From Chrysiogenales bacterium (lineage in GTDB: Bacteria > Acidobacteriota > Aminicenantia > UBA2199), in the NCBI GenBank assembly GCA_963700535.1, contig CAVOXU010000002.1, positions 18,063-82,062 of the forward strand: DNA of 64,000 bases. Reading direction: 5' to 3'. Made by a program: the position numbers and the translations under genes. Below the pieces are notes generated by a model. It was given only the letters and a program-made list of their open reading frames with translations. It did not search any database and was not told the origin of the DNA. Of the stretch, positions 9,240 to 17,271 are shown one piece after another; the first letter of the stretch is position 1, and each line of letters opens with the position of its first letter.

Positions 9240-10655
9240 TTACCAGGTGGAGGGCAGCCGGTATTTTTTTAGAAGCGCGTACAGCCGGGAACGGGACAAG
9301 CCGGAAATCCGGCAGGCCTCATCGATATTTCCGGAGACGGACTCCATCAAGTTCTTGAAATACTGCTTTTCCGCTGTCGAAACCGCGGTCCGGTGAAACT
9401 CCTTGAATGTGGCCGGCGCCGCGGGAGCGATCGTGCCGTTCTCCGGTATTTCCTGGCCGCCATGTTGCTTTTGAATGCCGTTGCGCGCCACCTGGATGCG
9501 GATATAAGTGGGCAGGTGAAGCGGGTAGAGGATGGGTTCCTCCTTGGCGGCGAGCAAAGCTTTTTCCAGGGCCTGGATCAGTTCCCGCACGTTCCCCGGC
9601 CATTTGTAATTGCTGACGGTATTCCAGAATTCCTGGGAGAATCCCTTGGGTTCCAGCCCGAACCGCTGGCACAGTGTGCCCATGTAATGCAGGGTCAATT
9701 CCTTCAGGTCGTCGCGGCATTCCCTCAGGGGCGGCAATTCGATCACCAGCGACCGCAGCCGAAAAAGCAGGTCTTCGCGAAATTGCCCCTGTTGCACCAG
9801 GTCTTCCAGGCTGCGGTTGGTCGCCCCCACCAGCCTGAAATCGCTGCTGATCTCCTGGCTGCCTCCTACCGGGCGGAAGCGGTGTTCCTGGATGACCCGC
9901 AGGAAGCTCTTCTGGATGGCCAGCGGCAGCTCGCCGATCTCGTCGAGGAACAGGGTCCCCTTGTCGGCCTGCTTGACCAGCCCTTCCTGGCTGACATAGG
10001 CCCCGGTGTAAGATCCGCGCACATGCCCGAAAAGAACGCTTTCCACGAGGGTTTCCGGCAGCGCCGTGCAGTCGACGATGACAAAATTACCCTGGGCCCT
10101 CCGGCTGTTGCTATGGATCGCCTTGGCAAAAAGCTCTTTCCCGGTGCCACTCTCCCCGGTGATGAGGATATTGACATCGCTTTGCGCCGCCTGGCCCAGG
10201 AGCTCGAAGCTGTCATCGAGCCGTTTCGAGCTGCCGATGATATCCTTCCTCTCCAAAGCCACGGGGGTGGTTTTAATTCCCTTGTCGGACTTGTATTCCA
10301 GGATCCGCGCAATGTGCATTTTAATGATTTCCAGCGAGACGGGCTTCTCGAGGTAATCCCAGGCGCCTTTGGTGATGGCGAACTCCGCTTCGTCGGGATT
10401 GCCGAAACCGGTGATAATGATGATTTCCGGGGCGTGGCCGCTGGACTTGATTTTTGCAATGCTGTCCAGGCCGGAGCCGTCGGGCAGCTGAGCCTCGAGG
10501 AAAACCACGGCGAAAGGCCCGGATTGAGCTTGCTGGAGCCCTTCTGTTAGAGTAGGCGCGACAAACGCCGTATGGCCCATCTGGCTCACGACATTACTGA
10601 TCCTTTCGCTGCTTACCTGGTCGGAATGAATGATTAAAATATTTACCATGGTCAT
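9240..10655 (-). CDS. Sigma54-dependent Fis-family transcriptional activator (REC-AAA+-HTH, NtrC class)
   Basis: Walker A GESGTGKELFAKAIH, a GAFTGA-type loop (GSYTGA), ESVLFGH, and a C-terminal Fis-type HTH (..NIDEACRISGLSRSRLYALLKKY). The N-terminal receiver has E where the phospho-Asp is expected (VVFLEAQLPDGSG). Confidence 0.9.
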   Translation of the reverse strand: MTMVNILIIHSDQVSSERISNVVSQMGHTAFVAPTLTEGLQQAQSGPFAVVFLEAQLPDGSGLDSIAKIKSSGHAPEIIIITGFGNPDEAEFAITKGAWDYLEKPVSLEIIKMHIARILEYKSDKGIKTTPVALERKDIIGSSKRLDDSFELLGQAAQSDVNILITGESGTGKELFAKAIHSNSRRAQGNFVIVDCTALPETLVESVLFGHVRGSYTGAYVSQEGLVKQADKGTLFLDEIGELPLAIQKSFLRVIQEHRFRPVGGSQEISSDFRLVGATNRSLEDLVQQGQFREDLLFRLRSLVIELPPLRECRDDLKELTLHYMGTLCQRFGLEPKGFSQEFWNTVSNYKWPGNVRELIQALEKALLAAKEEPILYPLHLPTYIRIQVARNGIQKQHGGQEIPENGTIAPAAPATFKEFHRTAVSTAEKQYFKNLMESVSGNIDEACRISGLSRSRLYALLKKYRLPSTW

Positions 10656-10673
10656 GCATATCCCATTGGAAAT

Positions 10674-10703
10674 ATTATAGTAAAAAGTTTTTTAAGATTG
10701 CAA
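10674..10703 (-). promoter_or_regulatory. Sigma70-type promoter candidate for the EBP operon (TTGCAA-18-TATAAT)
   Basis: Minus strand TTGCAAtcttaaaaaactttttacTATAAT, ending about 19 nt upstream of the ATG at 10655. Confidence 0.4.
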
Positions 10704-10865
10704 TAGTTTTCCAAAAAAAAAAGCGGTTTTCTACCTATGGCTCTTTTCCAGCACATAATTCGGCTAATGGGTTTATAAAGGCCGTTATAAATTCCGGACC
10801 GGGTTATGGCGGACACTCGTTCTGAGGCCGGGCCCCGGAGAATTGATCCTGGTTTTTTGGATGAC

Positions 10866-11177
10866 TTATCCGAGCTTGAAAATGATCATGAGAATTCTGA
10901 TAAGCAATAATATCCAGGCTGCGCAAACAACAATCCAGACAATTTTCTTGAGAGCATCCATGCTGACCAGAAACATGAACAGGGTCAATATGGCCAGGAA
11001 TCCAAGGGGATCGATAATGCTTTCCGGGAAAACCGTGCCGGAAAATATAGCCTGTATGACCTTGAAGATTCCCAGACCGATCTGATGGGCAAGATAATAG
11101 ATGAAGGTGAGGATGTGGTGCAGGATCTCATTCAGTGGTTTAAAGTTCGCTGTTTCCAGAACAAATAAAGTATTCAT
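10866..11177 (-). CDS. Small integral membrane protein, hypothetical
   Basis: 103 aa with 3 hydrophobic segments. It starts 18 nt downstream of the BON gene on the same strand, with an AAGGAGG RBS. Confidence 0.5.
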   Translation of the reverse strand: MNTLFVLETANFKPLNEILHHILTFIYYLAHQIGLGIFKVIQAIFSGTVFPESIIDPLGFLAILTLFMFLVSMDALKKIVWIVVCAAWILLLIRILMIIFKLG

Positions 11178-11195
11178 TTTGTTTGGCCTCCTTGG

Positions 11196-11570
11196 CTACT
11201 TCGTCAAATTGTGAGGGCCCGGTGCTGAAATAGCAGAATGGGTTCTTACCGCCAGCCGGTTGTCCACGCGCTTGACCCCGGGCAGATCGGCCACCGTCTT
11301 GGCGGCTAATGATAAATGGGGCTCCTCGGCAACGGTTCCCGTCAACGTGACCGCGCCGTCCTGGGAATGAACCTGGATATCATCGCCTTTGAGATCGCTT
11401 TTCAATGCGAACGATTCCTTGGCGGCCGCCGTGATGTGATCGTCCGAATCGGCGTTGAACAAATAGCCGGTGACCATCAGCAAAATCAACAATCCCGTCA
11501 TGAGCAGCAATGATATTACTCCCGATATCAGCGTTTCCCGGGCCGATATTCTTAACAGACCATTTTTCAA
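11196..11570 (-). CDS. BON domain protein (OsmY-like), membrane-anchored
   Basis: N-terminal TM segment, then a BON signature ..DDIQVHSQDGAVTLTGTVAEEPHLSLAAKTVADLPGVKRVDNRLAV. TTG start with AAGGAG 8 nt upstream. Confidence 0.8.
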   Translation of the reverse strand: MKNGLLRISARETLISGVISLLLMTGLLILLMVTGYLFNADSDDHITAAAKESFALKSDLKGDDIQVHSQDGAVTLTGTVAEEPHLSLAAKTVADLPGVKRVDNRLAVRTHSAISAPGPHNLTK

Positions 11571-11597
11571 GATGGATCTCCTTCTAAAAATAAACCA

Positions 11598-11613
11598 TGC
11601 ATGTTATATACCA
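11598..11613 (-). promoter_or_regulatory. Sigma54-type -24/-12 candidate (TGGTAT-N5-ATGCA) for the BON operon
   Basis: Minus strand TGGTATATAACATGCA has correct GG-to-GC spacing. The predicted TSS falls just upstream of the RBS of the TTG start at 11570. Confidence 0.35.
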
Positions 11614-11762
11614 AATCTTTTTTCAGCTTGGCCGCTGTTCGATGCCGTGAGCATGCCCGTCTCTGATCTTCGCTCATCTCCCGGCCTCCAGAAGCGTCCC
11701 AAAGCTCTCTTTATTAAAAACCGATGATGATAATTCGAATATTCTTCTGGGATAGGGAGGCA

Positions 11763-11793
11763 AGAAATGTCCTGCAAAACAGGAAATGTCCTG
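11763..11793. promoter_or_regulatory. Direct repeat 2 x GAAATGTCCTG with internal dyads; candidate enhancer (UAS) for the sigma54 activator
   Basis: Copies at 11764-11774 and 11783-11793 (19-nt register). Overlapping dyads are CCTGcaaaaCAGG and CAGGAaatgTCCTG. The repeat lies about 150-165 nt upstream of both divergent -24/-12 candidates. Confidence 0.4.
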
Positions 11794-11928
11794 TTTTACA
11801 ATCCAAATTGTTGATCCGAAAAGCGGCTCAATTTGTCTGAATTGAAGTTTTTGATCGCCAGTCTACTGCCATTCCCCCTTTCCAGAAGGGCGATCCGTTT
11901 TCTGCCGCCCTGTCACTGTGAAAAAATC

Positions 11929-11944
11929 TGGCATGATAAATGCA
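11929..11944 (+). promoter_or_regulatory. Sigma54-type -24/-12 candidate (TGGCAT-N5-ATGCA)
   Basis: TGGCATGATAAATGCA has canonical spacing and sits 93 nt upstream of the ATG at 12037. Confidence 0.45.
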
Positions 11945-12036
11945 ATACAATTATCAACTTCTCTATTGTGCCTGTAGTGCCGTTCAGCAACGGCAGGGAA
12001 CAGGACGGCGAGAGGCAAAGGAAAAAGGAGGTTGAC

Positions 12037-12183
12037 ATGCTTGGAACAATTTTAGTTATCTTGGTCGTTCTGTGGGCTCTGGGATTTTTCGCTTTTCACG
12101 TCGGTGGCTTGGTCCATGTCCTTCTGGTCATTGCCTTGGTGGTCGTGATCCTGCGATTGCTGCAGGGTAAAAAAATCTTTTAG
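12037..12183 (+). CDS. lmo0937-family small membrane protein
   Basis: 48 aa: MLGTILVILVVLWALGFFAFHVGGLVHVLLVIALVVVILRLLQGKKIF. AAGGAGG RBS. The longer ORF-track N-terminus (from 11833) is not supported. Confidence 0.7.
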   Translation: MLGTILVILVVLWALGFFAFHVGGLVHVLLVIALVVVILRLLQGKKIF

Positions 12184-12198
12184 CAGACCATCCTAAAA

Positions 12199-13236
12199 AT
12201 GATCCTGGCGAAAGTCCGGGCTTCAAGACGGACATGGAGTTTCCTCGCTGGCATGGGATTGATCGCTCCCTGTCTCTTTTCCGCCCAGGTTTTTAAATAC
12301 AAAAATGCGAAACCCGAGAAGGGATACCTGATTCAGAACATTGCCGGCGAAAAATGGTTGAAAAGGAATTATTGCGGCCCGGCCTGCCTGGCCATGGTCC
12401 TCAACTACTGGGACAAAGCGCGCTCCTTTAGCCAGCAGAAGATCACGGACGATATCTTCGACAGCGAGAACCAGGCGACCTACAACTCCGAGATGGTCCT
12501 CTATCCGCGGAGCAAGGGATTCGCGTGCTACTCTTTTCAGGGCGACCTGCGGATCCTGAAGGAGGTCGTCGCCAAAGGCATACCGGTGATCGCCCTGACC
12601 AGGCCTATCAAACAGATCGCCAAGGGGCACTACCGGGTGGTCATCGGCTATGATGACGACAAAGGCCAGGTCATTTTTCACGATCCCTTCTTCGGCAGCC
12701 GCTATGCCATGAAGTACAAGAATTTCATGAAGGTCTGGGAATTGGGCAAGGGGCGGAACCAGTCCCGGTGGATGTTAGCCGTTGTCGCCGGTCAAAGCCC
12801 CTTCCCTTTTCCCGCTTTGCAAAATGACCCGCTGACCGCCATCAACCTGGCCACGGCATATTACCGCCGAGCGGATTTCACGAAATCGAAGGAACAATGG
12901 GAAAAAGTCAGGGAAGCGCTGGCTGCCGATCCCTATCCGCTGTACAGCCTGGGCATGATCAGCTTGAGAGAAGGCAAGTTCGCGGAAGCCGAGTCCTATG
13001 CCTTGAAAGCGATCAGCCTGGACGCGAAGAGCGCCTATGCCCATGATGTCCTGGGCCTGGCCTACGCCAAGCAGGAAAAGATCGAGCAGGCGCTGCGGTC
13101 CCTGGAGCAGGCTCAGCGGTTGGCCCCGCGTGAAAAATTCATCCGCAAGCATTATCTACAGGTCCGGGCCCTGCGTATCGAAAGGGCCCGGCCTGACAAA
13201 ATAAAAAAGGAGAAACAAAATGAAAAAACAGACTAG
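12199..13236 (+). CDS. C39-like (papain-fold) cysteine peptidase domain protein with C-terminal TPR repeats
   Basis: Catalytic-Cys context NYCGPACLAMVLNYW and His context GHYRVVIGYDDDKGQVIFHDP. Three or more TPR-like repeats lie in the C-terminal half. N-terminal signal/anchor. Confidence 0.75.
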   Translation: MILAKVRASRRTWSFLAGMGLIAPCLFSAQVFKYKNAKPEKGYLIQNIAGEKWLKRNYCGPACLAMVLNYWDKARSFSQQKITDDIFDSENQATYNSEMVLYPRSKGFACYSFQGDLRILKEVVAKGIPVIALTRPIKQIAKGHYRVVIGYDDDKGQVIFHDPFFGSRYAMKYKNFMKVWELGKGRNQSRWMLAVVAGQSPFPFPALQNDPLTAINLATAYYRRADFTKSKEQWEKVREALAADPYPLYSLGMISLREGKFAEAESYALKAISLDAKSAYAHDVLGLAYAKQEKIEQALRSLEQAQRLAPREKFIRKHYLQVRALRIERARPDKIKKEKQNEKTD

Positions 13237-13456
13237 GATCTGGAGTGCCCTGTTGATGATCGTGCTGGCCTCGTCCCTGGCCATGGCCGCTGAAAAAACA
13301 GCGGAACTGCAGACGGATACGACGATCCAGCTCGAGATCGGTACGCAGGATGTGATCACGGCTTCCGATGCCGGGGGAGGATATATGTCCACCAGGGATA
13401 TCCTCCTTGTCGTGATCATCATATTTGCGATTATCGGCCTGGCCGCTGTCCTTTAG
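13220..13456 (+). CDS. Small secreted, C-terminally anchored protein, hypothetical
   Basis: 78 aa with signal peptide ..LASSLAMAAE and a C-terminal TM segment ILLVVIIIFAIIGLAAVL. AAGGAG RBS. It overlaps the preceding gene by 17 nt. Confidence 0.45.
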   Translation: MKKQTRIWSALLMIVLASSLAMAAEKTAELQTDTTIQLEIGTQDVITASDAGGGYMSTRDILLVVIIIFAIIGLAAVL

Positions 13457-13623
13457 AGCCTTATAATAAATTTTCTGTGTTTTTCAGCAAAGAAAATTTG
13501 TTATTTAAGGCTCTTATTCCCCCTTGCAGGGGACTGGGTTAATTTGCGTGCGTACGGCGCCTGCCTTCTTGCGGAAGCTGGGGCAGGCAGCCGTTTTCTC
13601 GACATGAAGGGAGGTATCATTCC

Positions 13624-13836
13624 ATGAAACTTGCAGGCATTATTTTGATCATTCTGGGAGTACTGGCCCTGGTCTACCAGGGGATACGCTATACAACCAA
13701 GGAGAAGCTGGTCGATATCGGGCCCCTCCAGGTCACAACGACAGAGAAGAAGACCATTCCGCTGCCGCCGATCGTAGGCGGAGTCGCGCTCATCGCGGGT
13801 ATCGCGCTGATCCTTGCCGAGCGCAAAAAGAAATAG
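13624..13836 (+). CDS. Small two-TM membrane protein, hypothetical
   Basis: 70 aa with GGGAGG upstream of the ATG. Two hydrophobic helices flank a polar loop. Confidence 0.5.
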   Translation: MKLAGIILIILGVLALVYQGIRYTTKEKLVDIGPLQVTTTEKKTIPLPPIVGGVALIAGIALILAERKKK

Positions 13837-13920
13837 CGTAGTTTTCGCGCAATCAGGCGTGCCCTTCACTAACGAATGGGAACACGATGGCGCGAGGTTA
13901 AGAGAAAGAAGGAGGATATT

Positions 13921-14589
13921 ATGAAGAGAATTGTGACCCTGCTCGTTGTGGTGGTTTTTTTATTGGCGGCCGTTGGCTGCGCGTCCTGGAGCAAGACCGC
14001 AAAGGGTGGCGTGATCGGCGGCGCCGGCGGTGCCGTCCTCGGCGGCTTGATCGGCCATGCCGCCGGGAACACCGTGCTTGGCGCGATCATCGGAGCGGCT
14101 GTCGGCGGAGCGGCCGGTGCCGTTATCGGGAGCTACATGGACAAGCAGGCCGCGGAAATGCAGCGCGATATCGAAGGGGCCGAAGTCCAGCGCATCGGCG
14201 AAGGCATCAAGATCACCTTCGACAGCGGGATTCTTTATGATATTGACAAGTCGGACCTGCGGCCGGTCAGCAAAACAAGCCTGGCCAAGCTGGCCAAGAT
14301 CCTGAACAAATATCCCGATACCAACATCCTGATCGAAGGCCACACCGACGACAGCGGCTCGGATGAACACAACATGAAGCTGTCCAAGGAGCGCGCCCAG
14401 TCCGTGTCCTTGTACCTGGCGACAATGAATGTGCAGTCGGCGAGATTTTCCGTAACAGGCTACGGCGAAGCGCAGCCGATCGTTGTCAACGATACGGTTG
14501 AGGGCAGGCAGAAAAACCGCCGGGTGGATATCGCGGTGATCGCCAACGACAAGTTGAAGAAGGCCGCGAAAGACAAAGTGAAAGGCTGA
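13921..14589 (+). CDS. OmpA-family lipoprotein (glycine-zipper N-terminal region plus OmpA C-terminal peptidoglycan-binding domain)
   Basis: Lipobox LLAAVGC. Gly-zipper GGVIGGAGGAVLGGLIGHAAG. OmpA_C motif ..ILIEGHTDDSGSDEHNMKLSKERAQSV...NRRVDI. GAAGGAGG RBS at the ATG at 13921. Confidence 0.9.
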   Translation: MKRIVTLLVVVVFLLAAVGCASWSKTAKGGVIGGAGGAVLGGLIGHAAGNTVLGAIIGAAVGGAAGAVIGSYMDKQAAEMQRDIEGAEVQRIGEGIKITFDSGILYDIDKSDLRPVSKTSLAKLAKILNKYPDTNILIEGHTDDSGSDEHNMKLSKERAQSVSLYLATMNVQSARFSVTGYGEAQPIVVNDTVEGRQKNRRVDIAVIANDKLKKAAKDKVKG

Positions 14590-14616
14590 ATCTTGTAATC
14601 ATTCAAAGGAGGTCCC

Positions 14617-14862
14617 ATGAATATTTTATGGATCATCATCATCGGTTTTTTGGTCGGGTTCATCGCCAAGCTGCTCATGCCGGGGCGTGACCCGGGCGGA
14701 TTCATCATTACGATCCTTCTCGGCATCGCCGGCTCCTTCGTGGCCACCTACATCGGGCAGCACTTCGGCTGGTATCGCCAGGGCCAGCCGGCGGGGTTCA
14801 TCGGGGCGATCCTGGGAGCCATCTTGCTCCTGGTGGTTTACCGATTGCTCACCAGGAGATAA
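14617..14862 (+). CDS. GlsB/YeaQ/YmgE-family stress-response membrane protein
   Basis: 81 aa: MNILWIIIIGFLVGFIAKLLMPGRDPGGFIITILLGIAGSFVATYIG.., typical of the transglycosylase-associated protein family. Confidence 0.85.
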   Translation: MNILWIIIIGFLVGFIAKLLMPGRDPGGFIITILLGIAGSFVATYIGQHFGWYRQGQPAGFIGAILGAILLLVVYRLLTRR

Positions 14863-14934
14863 TGACAGCCTGGTTCATCGCGCCGGCAAACAGGTTGGGC
14901 AGATGATGAGTAGCACAAGAAAAAGGGGGTAGTT

Positions 14935-15033
14935 ATGTTTTTGAAAATCTTCGTCACTATTGGTGCGATCTGTGCCATGGGATTCTTTACATACAACTTT
15001 GTTCGGCTGCTTATGGGGAGAAGAACCTTCTAG
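14935..15033 (+). CDS. Possible 32-aa hydrophobic peptide
   Basis: MFLKIFVTIGAICAMGFFTYNFVRLLMGRRTF with a GGGGG RBS-like run 5 nt upstream. It falls below the ORF-track cutoff and I recognise no homology. Confidence 0.3.
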   Translation: MFLKIFVTIGAICAMGFFTYNFVRLLMGRRTF

Positions 15034-15058
15034 GGAGGAAACGTATAAAGAGGTGGTC

Positions 15059-15862
15059 ATGAAAAAAATACAAACCGGATTGTTTGTCATTGTGATCGCG
15101 GCGTTCCTGTTGCAATCCTGCAGCCTCGTGCCGCTCACCGGCCGGCGCCAGCTCTCGCTCGTTTCTGATGCCGACATGCTTTCCATGAGCTTCAGCCAGT
15201 ACGACCAGTTCCAGAAGGAAAACAGGATGAGTTCCAGCTCGGCGGATACGAATGAAGTGAAACGTGTCGGCAGGAACATCCAGAACGCGGTGACAACCTA
15301 TTTCGCCCGGAACAACATGTCCAATGGGCTCAATGGGTTCGCCTGGGAATTCAACCTTGTCGAAAACAATGAAGCCAACGCCTGGTGCATGCCGGGAGGG
15401 AAAGTGATGGTATATTCCGGCATCCTGCCCTTCACGCGGAACGAAACCGGCCTGGCCGTCGTCATGGGGCATGAGATCGCCCACGCCGTGGCCAAGCACA
15501 GCAACGAGCGGATGAGCCAGGCGCTGGTCGCGCAACTGGGCGGACAGGTGCTCTCCCAAGCGCTCAAGCAGAAGCCCCAGCAGACCCAGCAGATCTGGAT
15601 GGGCCTATTCGGTGTCGGGGTCCAGCTGGGCGCGGTCCTGCCCTACAACCGCCTCCAGGAAGGCGAAGCCGACCGTCTCGGGCTGATCTTCATGGCCATG
15701 GCCGGGTATGACCCCCATGCCGCCATTGGATTCTGGCAGCGCATGTCCCAAAAGGCCGGGAATCGGCCGCCGGAATTCCTGAGCACGCATCCATCCGACA
15801 AGAAGCGCATGACGAAGATAATAGCGGTGATGCCTGAGGCGATGAGGTACTATAAAAAGTAG
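15059..15862 (+). CDS. M48-family zinc metallopeptidase lipoprotein
   Basis: Lipobox LLQSCS and an HExxH motif (VMGHEIAHAVAKH). Downstream Glu and GEADRLG..STHPS motifs are typical of M48 (Oma1/YfgC-like). Confidence 0.85.
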   Translation: MKKIQTGLFVIVIAAFLLQSCSLVPLTGRRQLSLVSDADMLSMSFSQYDQFQKENRMSSSSADTNEVKRVGRNIQNAVTTYFARNNMSNGLNGFAWEFNLVENNEANAWCMPGGKVMVYSGILPFTRNETGLAVVMGHEIAHAVAKHSNERMSQALVAQLGGQVLSQALKQKPQQTQQIWMGLFGVGVQLGAVLPYNRLQEGEADRLGLIFMAMAGYDPHAAIGFWQRMSQKAGNRPPEFLSTHPSDKKRMTKIIAVMPEAMRYYKK

Positions 15863-15892
15863 CGATGAAAAGTAAAAAAGGAGGATAACAAA

Positions 15893-16057
15893 ATGGCTAG
15901 ATTTAAACTGACAAAGAGCTTGGGGATGATCCTGCTGGGCATCTGGCTCATCATGACCGGGCTGATTCCGCTGCTCAATTTGAACTTTGAGGGCCTTCCC
16001 TTGATCATGGCGATCCTGGCCATTGTATCCGGCGCTTTGGTTTTACTTGGCCGGTAA
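15893..16057 (+). CDS. Small two-TM membrane protein, hypothetical (54 aa)
   Basis: MARFKLTKSLGMILLGIWLIMTGLIPLLNLNFEGLPLIMAILAIVSGALVLLGR with an AAAGGAGGA RBS. Below the ORF-track cutoff. Confidence 0.45.
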   Translation: MARFKLTKSLGMILLGIWLIMTGLIPLLNLNFEGLPLIMAILAIVSGALVLLGR

Positions 16058-16236
16058 ACTCGTGGGCCCCAGGTTGAGGTTCAGGAGGGCAGGAGAATTT
16101 AGCTCAAACCTTCGGAAACAGGAGAAGGGCGGTGATCGGTCTGTTGCTCCAGGCACCGGTCCGCTTTGTCCGGGACGCTGCTTTAAATTACAACCAATTT
16201 CCCCTACCAGCCATTCATTGGGGGAGTCGATCTTCA

Positions 16237-17253
16237 ATGATCATGAAGAATAAGGGCATGGACCTGAAAGGCAAGAAGATCCTGGTAACCGGAGCGGCCG
16301 GATTCATCGGCAGCCATCTTGTGCGTGAGCTGCTGCGCAGAGGCAACCGCGTGGTTTGCCTGGCCCGGCCGGACGAAAACACTTCCCGTATTCAGGGCCT
16401 CGATTGCCGGGTCGTTTACGGGGACCTTCTCGAAAAAACTTCTCTTGTGGAGGCCGTGCGCGGTGCTGAGTACATTTTTCATCTGGCGGCCTTGCTGGGC
16501 GGGGTGACCCCAGACGCACTTTTCCGGGTGAATTTCGAGGGAACGAAGAATCTCATTGATGTCTGCCGCGAGCAGGGCGTGGTACTGGAGCGGTTCCTGT
16601 TCGCCTCCAGCGCCACGGTCATGGGTCCTTCGGGGAAAAATGATTTATTGAATGAAGAAATGCCCTGCCGGCCGGTAAGCGCTTACGGCAGGAGCAAACA
16701 GGCAGCTGAAGAATTCCTGGCCTCTGTGAGAAACTATCTGCCCTATACGATCATCCGCCTGCCCGTGGTCTATGGCCCCGGAAGCGATGGAGGGCTGTAC
16801 ATTTTTTTCAAACTGTTGAGCAAAGGTCTGCAAGTGAATGTCGGCAAGTTGGAGGCCACAGTCTGTTTCGTCTGGGACGTGGTCCGGGGGATGATCGATG
16901 CTGCCGAGAACCCCAGTGCCCAGGGAGAAATCTATATCCTGGGTGAAGAAAAAGCCTATCAGCTGAAGCAGATATATCAAACGATTGCCTCGATCCTGGG
17001 CAAGCACCCTGTCAAATTGCCGCTGCCCTATTTCGTGCTTCACTTGCTTACGTTTTTTATTGAAATCGTTTCCAGGCTGACGAAATCCATCCCGGTCCTG
17101 ACCCGGGAGGAATTGACCGTGTATTTGAAATACCGTTACTGGAAGTATGATACCCGCAAGGCGAGACAGGATTTCGGTTTTCAAAGCCGCTATCCATTTG
17201 AGCAGGGGGCGAAGATCACGATCGATTGGTATCGCCAGCAGGGCTACATTTAA
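16237..17253 (+). CDS. NAD-dependent epimerase/dehydratase (extended SDR)
   Basis: Rossmann motif ILVTGAAGFIGSHLV and catalytic YxxxK (YGRSKQAAE). Start chosen at the ATG at 16237; 16243 and 16258 are also possible. Confidence 0.85.
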   Translation: MIMKNKGMDLKGKKILVTGAAGFIGSHLVRELLRRGNRVVCLARPDENTSRIQGLDCRVVYGDLLEKTSLVEAVRGAEYIFHLAALLGGVTPDALFRVNFEGTKNLIDVCREQGVVLERFLFASSATVMGPSGKNDLLNEEMPCRPVSAYGRSKQAAEEFLASVRNYLPYTIIRLPVVYGPGSDGGLYIFFKLLSKGLQVNVGKLEATVCFVWDVVRGMIDAAENPSAQGEIYILGEEKAYQLKQIYQTIASILGKHPVKLPLPYFVLHLLTFFIEIVSRLTKSIPVLTREELTVYLKYRYWKYDTRKARQDFGFQSRYPFEQGAKITIDWYRQQGYI

Positions 17254-17271
17254 TGGCGTTTTTCATTTGTA

